From: an uncultured Chloroflexia bacterium
Lineage (GTDB): Bacteria; Chloroflexota; Limnocylindria; Limnocylindrales; CSP1-4
Length of the DNA: 64,000 nucleotides
Reading direction: 5' to 3'
Assembly (NCBI GenBank): GCA_963748625.1
Contig: CAVVJT010000004.1
Span: forward strand, 64,001 to 128,000
Part shown: positions 1-9,111 of the stretch, in pieces
How the letters are laid out: each line of letters begins with the position of its first letter
Position numbering within the stretch: the first letter of the stretch is position 1
The notes under the pieces: model-generated
What the model was told of the DNA's origin: nothing
Databases searched by the model: none
Seen by the model: only the letters and a program-made list of their open reading frames with translations
Translations under genes and position numbers: made by a program

Positions 1-891
1 GATGGTGCGGGCGAGCAGCGCGACGCCGCGGATCAGGACGGTGCGCTGGTTGTCGAGGCGCATCGCGGTCTCGATGCGCTTGTTGGGCTTCGCGTGCGGG
101 GCGGCGACGCCCTGGACCCGTGATGGCGCCGGGGGCTCCGGCGGCGCGGGCGGCGGGGCGGCCTGCACAGGCGCGGCGACTTCAGCAGGCGGGTCAGGCA
201 GGCGCGCGACCTCTGCGGCGTTGATCGCCTGCACGACGAGGTCCACGGACCCGTCGAAGTCGAGGCCGTCGGTCAGGATGTGGACCGCGTCCGGGGCGGC
301 GACGAGCGGGGCGACCTCACGCCCGCGGTCCTGGGCGTCACGGGCCCGCAGCGCTGCCCGGACGATCTCGGCCTCCTCGCCACCAGGATCCAGCCCGCGC
401 TCCACGATCCGCCGTCGGGCACGCTCCTCCACGGAAGCGTCGAGGAAGATCTTGAGCGGCGCGTCGGGCAGGACGACCGTACCGATGTCGCGTCCGGCAA
501 CCACGATCCCGCCGTCGGCGACCAGCCGCCGCTGGCGCTCGAGCAGCGCGGCACGGACCTCGGGGACCTTCGCGACCGCGGAGACGGAGGCATCGACCGT
601 GGCGGAATGGATGGCGTCGGTGGCGTCGGCGCCATCGAGGAGCACCCTCGTGAGGCGGCCGGTGCCGTCGTCGCCGAGGGCGACGCGCTCCGCAAGCGGA
701 ACCAGCGAGGCGGCATCGTCGGGAGCCACGCCCTCACGCAGGGCGAGGGCGGTGAGTGCCCGGTAGATCAGGCCCGTGTCCACGAACCGCAGGCCCAGGC
801 GCGCGGCGGCGGCAGCGCCGACGGAGCTCTTGCCGCTCGACGCGGGTCCGTCCAGGGCGACGATGATGCGGGAGCCGGTGACGGTCGACAT
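1..891 (-). CDS. cmk: Cytidylate kinase with a C-terminal extension (probable fusion), runs off the window edge
   Basis: Manual translation from ATG at 891 gives MSTVTGSRIIVALDGPASSGKSSVG...LRFVDTGLIYRALT (Cmk P-loop). The frame stays open through a Pro/Ala linker to position 1. Absent from the ORF track because there is no stop in the window. Confidence 0.9.
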   Translation of the reverse strand, partial: MSTVTGSRIIVALDGPASSGKSSVGAAAAARLGLRFVDTGLIYRALTALALREGVAPDDAASLVPLAERVALGDDGTGRLTRVLLDGADATDAIHSATVDASVSAVAKVPEVRAALLERQRRLVADGGIVVAGRDIGTVVLPDAPLKIFLDASVEERARRRIVERGLDPGGEEAEIVRAALRARDAQDRGREVAPLVAAPDAVHILTDGLDFDGSVDLVVQAINAAEVARLPDPPAEVAAPVQAAPPPAPPEPPAPSRVQGVAAPHAKPNKRIETAMRLDNQRTVLIRGVALLARTI

Positions 892-897
892 GCGGCG

Positions 898-903
898 ATT
901 GTA
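898..903 (-). promoter_or_regulatory. Putative -10 box TACAAT, 6 nt before the cmk ATG (leaderless)
   Basis: Minus strand reads TACAAT-CGCCGC-ATG; no SD-like purine run. Confidence 0.6.
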
Positions 904-921
904 GTTGCCTGCTGCGGCCGG

Positions 922-1717
922 CTAGCGCGAACCTGCGTCAGGGCGTGGAGGGGGACCCGCCAGGCGGCGGACCTCGGCCGGCGCGAGCGAGCGGACATCG
1001 CCCGACGCCATCGTCTCGAGACGAAGCGTGCCGATGCGCACCCGCACGAGTCGCCGCACCGGGGCACCCACCTCGCCGAACATCCGTCGCAGCTGCCGCT
1101 TCCAGCCCTGGTGGATGGTGACCCGGACCCACGTGAGGCGCGGCGTCGGGGGTGGGCTCGATGATGTCCGCGAGCAGGCGGTCCTCCGTCCGGGTCTGCC
1201 CGCGCAGGCCCTGGAGGGTGGCGATCCCCTCGATGAGCTGGACCCCCCGCTCGAGCGCCTCCGCCTGCTCGCGCGTCAGCGGCCAGGCCAGCCCGACGGC
1301 GTACTCCCGTTCCACGCCATACCGTGGATGCAGCACCCGTTCAGCCCACTCGCCGTCGTTGGTGAGCAGGATGAGCCCCTCGGAGTCCTGGTCGAGCCGG
1401 CCGACCGGATACACGCGGGCACCCCGCACGAGGTCACGCGGGACGAGGTCGATCACGGTCCGCTCCGCGTGGCGATCCTTCACCGTGGACGTCACGCCGA
1501 CGGGCTTGTGCAGGGCGAGATACACCTTGACGTCGCCCGATACCGCGATCGGGCGCCCATCCACCGCGAGCTGCTGGCGCTCGGGATCCACCTTCTCGCC
1601 CAGCTGGACGGGACGGCCGTCCACGGTCACGCGGCCGGCGGCGATCAGCGCATCGGCGCCGCGACGGGAGGCGACGCCGGCGGCGGCGAGGACCTTGGAG
1701 ATGCGCTCCTCAGGCAT
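922..1717 (-). CDS. rluB: rRNA pseudouridine synthase (RluB/RsuA family) with an apparent +1 frameshift near 1137
   Basis: S4 N-terminus (ERISKVLAAAGVASRR) and catalytic GRLD. The conserved C-terminus LTWVRVTIHQGWKRQLRRMF...LVRVRIG is in a shifted frame ending at TAG 922-924. Confidence 0.9.
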
Positions 1718-1722
1718 GGCGG

Positions 1723-2491
1723 TCAGTCGGCTCCTGCGTCGGGATCCACGATTGACGCGAGGGACACGAGGGATGCAAGCCCATCGGCGGCTGACTCCCC
1801 CACTCCCTCGGCGGGACCCTCGTCGCCATCCACGAGCCGCGCAGCCACGTCCAGGTCGAGCGGCGGCAGGTCCTCGAGCGAGATCAGCCCGAAGCGCTCG
1901 AGGAACTCGAAGCCAGTCCCGTAGAGGATCGGACGGCCCGGCGCCTCGCTCCGGCCCAGCTCCACGATGAGGCGCCGGTGGAGGAGGACTCGGACGGTGT
2001 AGTCGGAATCCACGCCGCGGATCCGCTCGATGCCGGCCTTGGTGACCGGCTGGCGATAGGCGACGATCGCGAGGGTCTCGAGCGCCGCGGGCGACAGCCG
2101 GACGGCGTCGGCGCCGACGTACCTGGCGATCAGGATGCCGGCCTCAGGCGCCGTGGTGAGCTCGACGCGCTCGCCGGAGAGCACCAGGCGGATCCCCCGC
2201 CCCGCCAGGGACACCTCCAGATCGCCCAGGCGCTCGTCCACGGTGGCGCGGTCAACGCCGGCGAGCATGCCGATCTCGCGGCGGCTGAGCGGCCGCTCGG
2301 CGACGAACAGCAGCGCTTCGAGCTGGGCCTCGCTCAGCTCGCCCGGGACGGGCTCGTCGGCAGCGTCAGCGGCGTCGGCGCGCGTCCTGGTCGGCGTCGG
2401 GTCTGTCGGCGAGGCTTCGGCGGCGGCGTCGGCGGCGTCGGCAGCGCGGGTCGGCGGCGGCCGCTCCGGGCTCCTGGTCGAACTCGCTCAT
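1723..2491 (-). CDS. scpB: Segregation/condensation protein ScpB; N-terminal low-complexity part is out of frame with the likely start
   Basis: QLEALLFVAERPLS...LSPAALETLAIVAYRQPVTK..IRGVDS..GRPILYGT..FLERFGL. An ATG at 2491 overlaps the scpA stop but is in another frame from the core. Confidence 0.9.
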
Positions 2492-3363
2492 GCGAACGAC
2501 CCCAGCGACTCGTCCAGCGGACCCTCCTCGTCAATCCGGCCGGTCACGCCGGCAGCGGCGCGCTCCTCGGCGGTGGTGCGCCTGGCCATGATCGGTCCCC
2601 AGGGCTCGGCCTGCTCGACCACGATCTCACGGCGCTTCATCAGCTCCAGCATGGCCAGGAAGGTGACCGCCACCACCACCCGGTCCTTCACGCCCATGAG
2701 GAGCTCCTGCAGCACCACGACCGGCGCCCCGTCGAGGGCACGACGGATCAGCATCGCCCGCTGGGTCAGCGTGATGGTGCGCCGGATGGTCTCGGGCGGT
2801 GGAGGCGGCGGCGGGGCGAGGCGGGCGATTCCGTCGAGGGCTGCCACGAGGATCGACGGATCGAGCGGTTGTGCGGCCGGAGGGCGGGCGCCTGCGACAC
2901 CTGCGGCCCGCGCGATCGGGGGCTCGCGGTGGTACAGGCCCCGGGTGGCCTGGGCGTCCCTGAGCAGCCGCATGCCGGCGTCGCGGAAGGCCCGGTACAG
3001 GATCAGGCGGGCACGCAGCTCGGCCTCCGGATCGGGGCCGTCGTCCGCGAGCGGGATGGCGCCTTCGACCTTGTGGCGCGGCAGCATGGCACGCGACTTG
3101 ATGAGGATCAGCTGGCTCGCGATGGCGATGAACGCGGACACGTTGCCCATGCGGTCATCATCGAGCGAGGCAAGCGCGTCAAGGTAGGCATCGGCCAGGG
3201 CGCCGAGCGGCACGGTGAGCACGTCGAGCTGGCGCGCTTCGATCACGGCCAGCAGCAGCTGGAGCGGGCCGTCGAACGCGGGCAGGGTGACCCGCGTGGC
3301 GGTCTCCGGGCGGCGGCCATCCCCGAAGGCGACAGCGGGCGACGTGACGGGCGGCAACGTCAT
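2488..3363 (-). CDS. scpA: Segregation/condensation protein ScpA (kleisin)
   Basis: FDGPLQLLL...QLILIKSRAMLP at the N-terminus; VTFLAMLELMKRREIVVEQAEPWGPI at the C-terminus; adjacent to scpB. Confidence 0.93.
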   Translation of the reverse strand: MTLPPVTSPAVAFGDGRRPETATRVTLPAFDGPLQLLLAVIEARQLDVLTVPLGALADAYLDALASLDDDRMGNVSAFIAIASQLILIKSRAMLPRHKVEGAIPLADDGPDPEAELRARLILYRAFRDAGMRLLRDAQATRGLYHREPPIARAAGVAGARPPAAQPLDPSILVAALDGIARLAPPPPPPPETIRRTITLTQRAMLIRRALDGAPVVVLQELLMGVKDRVVVAVTFLAMLELMKRREIVVEQAEPWGPIMARRTTAEERAAAGVTGRIDEEGPLDESLGSFA

Positions 3364-3872
3364 CAGCAGGCCTCGTCGGCGGCGTGGAACGCGCCACCCC
3401 AGCGTGGGTCAAGCGGGGCGTCCTGGTTTCGAACAAGCTCGACGGCGAACGGCGCCAGGCCGGCCGCGGCGCACAGCTCCGCCGACGCCTCCGCATGCGT
3501 CCGCAGCCGCTCCAGCGGCGCGCTCCAGCCAGGGATGCGGGCAGCAGCCACAGGCACCCACGCGCCGAACAGCTCGCCCAGCGACCACGCGATCCGCGGG
3601 CCGGCCCCGGTGTTGCCCTTGGCGCAGTCGTGGAGCAGGCCGGCGGCCAGGACGTCCCGGTCCGTCACCCCGGCGCGGCGCAGCCATGCGCTCACGTCGA
3701 GGCCATGACGCTGGTCGGCGACATGCATCGTGTCGAAGAGGGCGATCTCGGCGGGCGTCGTCCAGGCGGCCAGCACCCGACGCTCCTCGGCTCCCACGCG
3801 GGCGGCGACGTGCGTCCGGAGCTGGCGCGCCTTACGCGCCCACCAGGAAGCCGGCGACACCGTAGACGACAC
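3363..3872 (-). CDS. HD-domain protein (start uncertain, 3860-3872)
   Basis: DQRH...AAGLLHDCAKG...H...AADE pattern; stop overlaps the scpA start. Confidence 0.75.
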   Translation of the reverse strand: MSSTVSPASWWARKARQLRTHVAARVGAEERRVLAAWTTPAEIALFDTMHVADQRHGLDVSAWLRRAGVTDRDVLAAGLLHDCAKGNTGAGPRIAWSLGELFGAWVPVAAARIPGWSAPLERLRTHAEASAELCAAAGLAPFAVELVRNQDAPLDPRWGGAFHAADEAC

Positions 3873-4454
3873 GGGTGAGCACGCTGCCGCCGATCAGCAC
3901 CAGCCCGAACACGATGAACATCCCGTACTGCGCGAGGAACGGGCGGATCTGCCATGCGATCCTGGGCGGGAGGAAGCGGAACAGGAGCGTGGATCCGTCG
4001 AGGGGCGGCACGGGGATCAGGTTGAAGATCATCAGCGCGACGTTGAAGACGAGGAAGTTGACCAGGACGGACTCCGCCAGGGGGGAACCTGGAGGCCCAG
4101 CGCGAGGACGATCCGGATGACGATGGCTCCGAGGATCGCCATCACCAGGTTGGCACCCGGGCCGGCGAGCGCCACGAGCACCTCGTCGTTGCGGCGATTG
4201 CGCAGGTTCATCGTGTTCACGGGCGTGGGCTTGGCCCAGCCGAACAGGAAGCCGCCCAGGAACATCGTGATGACGATCATCAGGCCGCCGACAGGATCGA
4301 AGTGGACGACCGGGTTGAGCGTCATGCGGCCCATCAGCTTGGCCGTCGCATCGCCGCGCTGGTAGGCGACGAAGGCGTGCGCGAACTCGTGCACCGGGAA
4401 CGCGATCCCGAGGAAGATCGCGATCATGAGCAGGTTGAGGAGGATGTCGTCCAC
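3832..4454 (-). CDS. Site-2 protease (peptidase M50), split by a frameshift in a G6/C6 run at 4080-4085
   Basis: HEFAH zinc motif, GDATAK..GRMTLNP and VALAGPGAN in one frame; FNLIPVPPLDG in the next frame. One extra C restores a single ORF. Confidence 0.88.
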
Positions 4455-4660
4455 GCGGGCCTCGTGCGGTGGGTCGTCAGGGTGCCGCGTATGGTACCCG
4501 CCTTGCTGGCGGGCCACGGTCTCCCGCCTGGCGGGCCCTATGCGCTGAGGTCCGCACAGTCCTGCCGCTGGGCGGGACACATGCAGGGACCAGCGGGCGA
4601 ATCAGGCCCGGTCAACCGCCTGATGGGACATCTGCGCAGGATCCTGCAGGCAAGGCCCGC

Positions 4661-4755
4661 TGGGCGGGCGCCGCCGCCGTCGCCGAGATTGGGCGGGCGC
4701 CGCCGCCGGGATTGGGCAGGCGACGCGGGCGCCGTAATTGGGCGGGCGACGCCGT
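4661..4755. repeat. Four imperfect copies of (AT)TGGGCGGGCG(A/C)CGCCG in an intergenic region
   Basis: Copies near 4661, 4688, 4711 and 4737. Confidence 0.6.
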
Positions 4756-4786
4756 CGCGCGGCTGCAACGCGGCGACCCAGCGGCC

Positions 4787-5539
4787 CTAGAGGCGGCCGA
4801 GCAGCTCCGCCTTCTTGGCGTCGTATTCCGCGGGGGTGATGAGGCCCTTGTCGCGCATCTCGCCGAGCCGGATGAGTGATGCCTGCACGTCGTCCGCGGA
4901 CATCGCTGCCGGGGCCGCGGGCGCAGCAGGCGCCGGGGCCGCCGGGGCCGGGGCCGCAACCGGGGCAGCCGGCGGAGCCGCAACCGGAGCGGCGGCCTGG
5001 AACGGCGGCATGGTGGGGCGCGTGTACTCCAGCTCCAGCTCGTGCTTGGACTCGAGCATCGCCTTCTTGAAGTCCTTGGCGTCCCGCAGCATCCGCAGCC
5101 GCTCGATGCCGGTCTCGGACGCGGTGAGGACGTCGAGGTCGCCGAAGCCGAACATGCGCCCGAAGATCGACTCGGTCAGGACGGCGTCGTTGATCTTCTC
5201 CAGCGAGGAGTCCGTGGCCCGCTTGTTGATCACCCCCTGGACCTGGATGATCCGCCGGCTCGTGATCACGTACTCGGCGTTGCGGTAGGCGAGGATGCCC
5301 CACAGGAACCAGAGGATGCCGAACACGAACAGGAACAGCACGAGCCAGCCGAGGAGGTCCGAGAGTGTCCCGGCGATGCCGTCCGGGTTGCCGGACACCA
5401 GGCGCAGGGCCCCGCCGACCAGCGCGAGCGCGATGGCGATGACCGAGTAGCGCGCGTTCCAGACCAGCATGAACGGGTGCTGGTGCTGGCGAAGAATGCT
5501 CCGCTCGCCCGCCACGAGCAATGAATCCGCGTAGCTCAT
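4787..5539 (-). CDS. Membrane protein with a bacterial PH domain and C-terminal SHOCT domain
   Basis: Two TM helices, EYVITSRRII..GVINK...LEKINDA..SIFGRMFGFGDL (bPH_2-like), Ala/Pro linker, LGEMRDKGLITPAEYDAKKAELL (SHOCT); GGAGG upstream of ATG 5539. Confidence 0.85.
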   Translation of the reverse strand: MSYADSLLVAGERSILRQHQHPFMLVWNARYSVIAIALALVGGALRLVSGNPDGIAGTLSDLLGWLVLFLFVFGILWFLWGILAYRNAEYVITSRRIIQVQGVINKRATDSSLEKINDAVLTESIFGRMFGFGDLDVLTASETGIERLRMLRDAKDFKKAMLESKHELELEYTRPTMPPFQAAAPVAAPPAAPVAAPAPAAPAPAAPAAPAAMSADDVQASLIRLGEMRDKGLITPAEYDAKKAELLGRL

Positions 5540-5555
5540 GGTTCCCCTGCCTCCC

Positions 5556-6530
5556 TCAAGCCCGCGGATGGGCGCGGGCGTAGACCTCTTTGATGCGCTC
5601 CCCGGTGATGTGCGTGTAGAGCTGCGTCGTTGAGATACTCGCATGTCCAAGGAGCTCCTGGACGACACGCAGGTCGGCACCGCCCTCCAGGAGGTGCGTG
5701 GCGAACGAGTGGCGCAGGGTGTGGGGCGACACGCGTTCGCCCAGGTCGGCTGCGTCTGCAGCCTGCTTCACGGCCGTCCACGCGGCCTGGCGGCCCAGGC
5801 GCCGGCCCCGCCGGGTGACGAACAGCGGGGTGCCCGCTCCCTCTCCCTCCCCGGCCACCGCGAGCCACGCCGCACGCGGCCAGACGAGATACCGGGCGAT
5901 CCACGCCAGGGCGACGTCCCCCACTGGCACCACCCGCTCCTTGTCACCCTTCCCGAGGACCCGCACCAGCGACTCGTCGGGGATGATGTCCTCGCGATCC
6001 AGCCCCACCGCCTCCGACACCCGCAGGCCTGACGCATAGAGCAGCTCGAGCAGCGCGCGGTTGCGCAGGGCCGCCCCGTCCGCGTCGGTGAGCCTCCGTC
6101 GCCGTCCACCACCCGGGCCACGGGCCTCGCCTCCCGCCGCCTCGAGCAGACGCACCGTCTCATCCACGGTGAGCGTCTCGGGCAGCAGGCGTGTCTGGCG
6201 TGGCAGGTCGATGTGGACGGCAATGTCCTTCGCGACCAGGCCGTCGCCAAACGCGAACCGGTAGAAGCCCCGGATCGCGGCCGTGCGCCGGCGCAGGCTC
6301 GTGGGCGCGAGCCCAGGATCGAACGAGCGGCCGCGCTTCGCCCGGGCGGCGAGGTAGCGCTGGGCCGCCTCTGGTCCGTCAGTCCAGTCCCGCGCGGCCC
6401 CGCGGCTCATCGCGAAGTCACCCAGGTCGGCGCGATACGCGCGGAGCGTGGCATCCGCCAGCCCCCGCTCCACCCGCAGGTGGCCCATGTAGGCGTCGAT
6501 TGCGTCGTCGAGCGAGGTGGGGCTGGCCAT
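5556..6530 (-). CDS. xerD: Tyrosine recombinase XerD
   Basis: VERGLADAT, LELLYASGLRVSE, GKGDKERVVP, SPHTLRHSFATHLLEGGADLRVVQELLGHASISTTQLYTH, HPRA end. Confidence 0.92.
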   Translation of the reverse strand: MASPTSLDDAIDAYMGHLRVERGLADATLRAYRADLGDFAMSRGAARDWTDGPEAAQRYLAARAKRGRSFDPGLAPTSLRRRTAAIRGFYRFAFGDGLVAKDIAVHIDLPRQTRLLPETLTVDETVRLLEAAGGEARGPGGGRRRRLTDADGAALRNRALLELLYASGLRVSEAVGLDREDIIPDESLVRVLGKGDKERVVPVGDVALAWIARYLVWPRAAWLAVAGEGEGAGTPLFVTRRGRRLGRQAAWTAVKQAADAADLGERVSPHTLRHSFATHLLEGGADLRVVQELLGHASISTTQLYTHITGERIKEVYARAHPRA

Positions 6531-6543
6531 CGACCGTGCAGCC

Positions 6544-8265
6544 TCAGGCCGGAGCGCCGGACCCGCGAGCGACCCGCCAGGCCTCCGCGCGGTCCAGCAG
6601 CTCCCGGGCGGAGGCGAGCGCGGCCTCACCGCCGCCGGCGCCCGCCAGCATCGCGGCGAGCTCGTGCTCCCGGTCGGGAGCCTCGAGCCGCACGATCTCC
6701 GTCACCGTCCGGCCATCACGTTCCCGCTTGGCGATGCGGAAGTGGGCGTCAGCGTAGGCGGCGATCTGCGGCAGGTGGGTGACGCACAGCACCTGGTGGC
6801 CGCGGGCCAGCGTCCACAGGCTTCGGCCAACGGGGTCGGCGCTGCGGCCGCCGATGCCCGTGTCGATCTCGTCGAACACGAGGACGGGCGTCTCGTCCAC
6901 CTCGGCCAGCACCTGCTTCACCGCGAGCGCGACGCGCGAGAGCTCGCCGCCCGACGCGATCCGCGCGAGCGGCCGTGCTGGCTCGCCCGGGTTCGGGCGG
7001 AAGGTGAACACCACGGTGTCGATGCCCGATGCGTCGAAGGCGACCGCGTCGCCATCGATCTCCACCGCCGGGTCGTCGCGTGCGGCGGGCCGGCGGCCCA
7101 TGGCAACGGCGAACGCATCGGCCGGGAACCCGAGATCCGCCAGGACCTCCGACACGGCCGTCCCCAGGACCAGCGCCGTTTCGTGACGGGCGATCGAGAG
7201 GGTTGCCGCAGCGTCCGCCACCGCGAGGAGCAGCCGGGCATCCTCCGTGGCGCGACGGGCCCGCTCGTCCTCGAGGCCGCGCAACCGGGTCGCCTCTGCG
7301 GCGGCCCTCTCGCCGTGGGCAAGGACTGCCGCCTCGTCATCGCCGTAGCGGCGGATGAGCCGGTGGATCTCGCCGAGCCGGTCCTCCAGCCGCGACAGGG
7401 TGGCCGGGTCGTGGTCCACGGTGTCCGCGAGCGTGCGAACCTCGGCGGCGACGTCCTCGATCTCGGCCTCGAGGCCGGCCAGGCGGTCCGCGAGCGGGGT
7501 CCAGCGCGCATCGAGCCGGGCGATCGACCGCAGGTCGTGCTCCGCGTGGGCGACCCGCTCACGGGCCCCGCGACCCTCCCCCAGCAACGTGTCGCGGATG
7601 GTCGCCGCACCCTGGGTGATCAATTCTCCATGCTGCGCCGCCGCGAGCTGGGCCTGGATCTCGTCCGCCTCGCCTGCCCGGAGCTGCGCCCCGTCGATCT
7701 CCGCGGCCTCGTGCGCGAGGATGTCGAGGCGCCGAAGCAGCTCACGTGGGTCCATCGTCAGGCCGGCAAGGGCGAGGCGGTTCGCGCGCCACCGCTCCAC
7801 TGCGTCGGCCACCGCGGCGCGCGCCTCCGCGTGCCCTCCGAAGGCGTCGAGGAGATCCCGCTGCCAGTCCTCGTTCAGGAGACGCTGCTGGTCGTGCTGA
7901 CCGTGGATCTCCACCAGCCCGGCAGTCGCCAGGGCCAGGCGCCCGGCCGTGACCGAGTCGTCGTCCAGGCGAGCCGTGGAGCGGCCGTTCGCGGCAACCT
8001 CGCGTACGGCGATCAGCGGCTCCGGGAAGCGGTCGAACAGGGCCTCCACCCGCGCGCCTTCCGCCCCGTGCCGCACCAGCGTGGAGTCTGCCCTCGCGCC
8101 CGTCGCGAGGCCGAGTGCGTCGATCAGGAGGCTCTTGCCCGCACCGGTCTCGCCGGTGAGCACGTTGAACCCGGCTGCGAGCGGCAGGCGCAGACGGTCG
8201 ATCAGCGCAAGGTCGCTGACCGAGAGCTCCAGGAGCCGCCCGGGGCGGTGGCCGTCGTCCGTCAT
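6544..8265 (-). CDS. recN: DNA repair protein RecN
   Basis: LTGETGAGKS Walker A, EIHGQHDQQ, ASGGELSR signature, FDEIDTGIGG, VTHLPQIAA. Confidence 0.96.
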   Translation of the reverse strand: MTDDGHRPGRLLELSVSDLALIDRLRLPLAAGFNVLTGETGAGKSLLIDALGLATGARADSTLVRHGAEGARVEALFDRFPEPLIAVREVAANGRSTARLDDDSVTAGRLALATAGLVEIHGQHDQQRLLNEDWQRDLLDAFGGHAEARAAVADAVERWRANRLALAGLTMDPRELLRRLDILAHEAAEIDGAQLRAGEADEIQAQLAAAQHGELITQGAATIRDTLLGEGRGARERVAHAEHDLRSIARLDARWTPLADRLAGLEAEIEDVAAEVRTLADTVDHDPATLSRLEDRLGEIHRLIRRYGDDEAAVLAHGERAAAEATRLRGLEDERARRATEDARLLLAVADAAATLSIARHETALVLGTAVSEVLADLGFPADAFAVAMGRRPAARDDPAVEIDGDAVAFDASGIDTVVFTFRPNPGEPARPLARIASGGELSRVALAVKQVLAEVDETPVLVFDEIDTGIGGRSADPVGRSLWTLARGHQVLCVTHLPQIAAYADAHFRIAKRERDGRTVTEIVRLEAPDREHELAAMLAGAGGGEAALASARELLDRAEAWRVARGSGAPA

Positions 8266-8268
8266 CGG

Positions 8269-9111
8269 CTAGGACGGCAGCAGCGCGACCTTGGTCCGCA
8301 GGAGATCCCAGAAGGGCATCGCGCCCTCGGGCTCCACGAACCGGATCGGCCGCTCAAGGGCGCGCACCTCCACGATGTCGCCCACGGCGATCCGGTGGTC
8401 CTCGCGTCCATCGATCGAGACCAGCGCCTCGAGGGCATCGAGCACACGGCAGCGGACCACCTGGCTCGGTGACACCACCACCGCGCGCAGCGCGGACAGA
8501 TACGCGGCGATCGGTGCCACCACGATGTTGCGGCTCTGCGGATCAAGGATGGGGCCGCCCGCCGAGAACGCGTAGCCGGTGGAGCCGGTCGGGCTGGCCA
8601 CCACGAGCCCGTCCGCGACGAACGTGGCCAGGTGCGACTGGTCGATGGTGACGTCGAGGCGGACGACGCGTGCCAGCGCCCCACGGGCGATCACGATGTC
8701 ATTGAGCGCCGTGAAGTGCGTGGCGGCCGGCCGGCCCGCAGGCAGGATCGCGCCGGTCAGGCCCAGGCGTTCGCGCAGCTGGTACGCCCCGTCCGCAACC
8801 TTTTCCAGCACATGCTCGAGCTCGTGCGCCTCCGCCATCGAGAGGAAGCCCACCTTTCCCAGGTTGATACCCAGCAGCGGCACATCCACCTCGGTCACGG
8901 CCTGGGCGGCACGCAGGAACGTGCCGTCGCCGCCGAGCACCACGAGCGCGTCGGTGGAGGGCAGCTGCGCGACGAGCATCGCCGTATCGCCGGCAGGCGC
9001 GGCCCACTGCTCGATGCCGTGCATCCGGCACCAGCCCGCGGCTCGCTCACGCAGCTCGAGGGCGGCCTCGTTGGTGGGGTTGTAGGCGAAGCCGATGCGC
9101 CGGACCGTCAC
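8269..9111 (-). CDS. nadK: NAD(+) kinase
   Basis: LGGDGTFL, GINLGKVGFL, ALND, DGLVVASPTGSTGYAFSAGGP; GTG at 9111 overlaps the tlyA stop. Confidence 0.95.
   Translation of the reverse strand: MTVRRIGFAYNPTNEAALELRERAAGWCRMHGIEQWAAPAGDTAMLVAQLPSTDALVVLGGDGTFLRAAQAVTEVDVPLLGINLGKVGFLSMAEAHELEHVLEKVADGAYQLRERLGLTGAILPAGRPAATHFTALNDIVIARGALARVVRLDVTIDQSHLATFVADGLVVASPTGSTGYAFSAGGPILDPQSRNIVVAPIAAYLSALRAVVVSPSQVVRCRVLDALEALVSIDGREDHRIAVGDIVEVRALERPIRFVEPEGAMPFWDLLRTKVALLPS

Noticed and set aside
5556-6530. Integrase of a mobile element
   Set aside because: Motifs and the recN/scpAB context fit chromosomal XerD; no att repeats or cargo genes seen.
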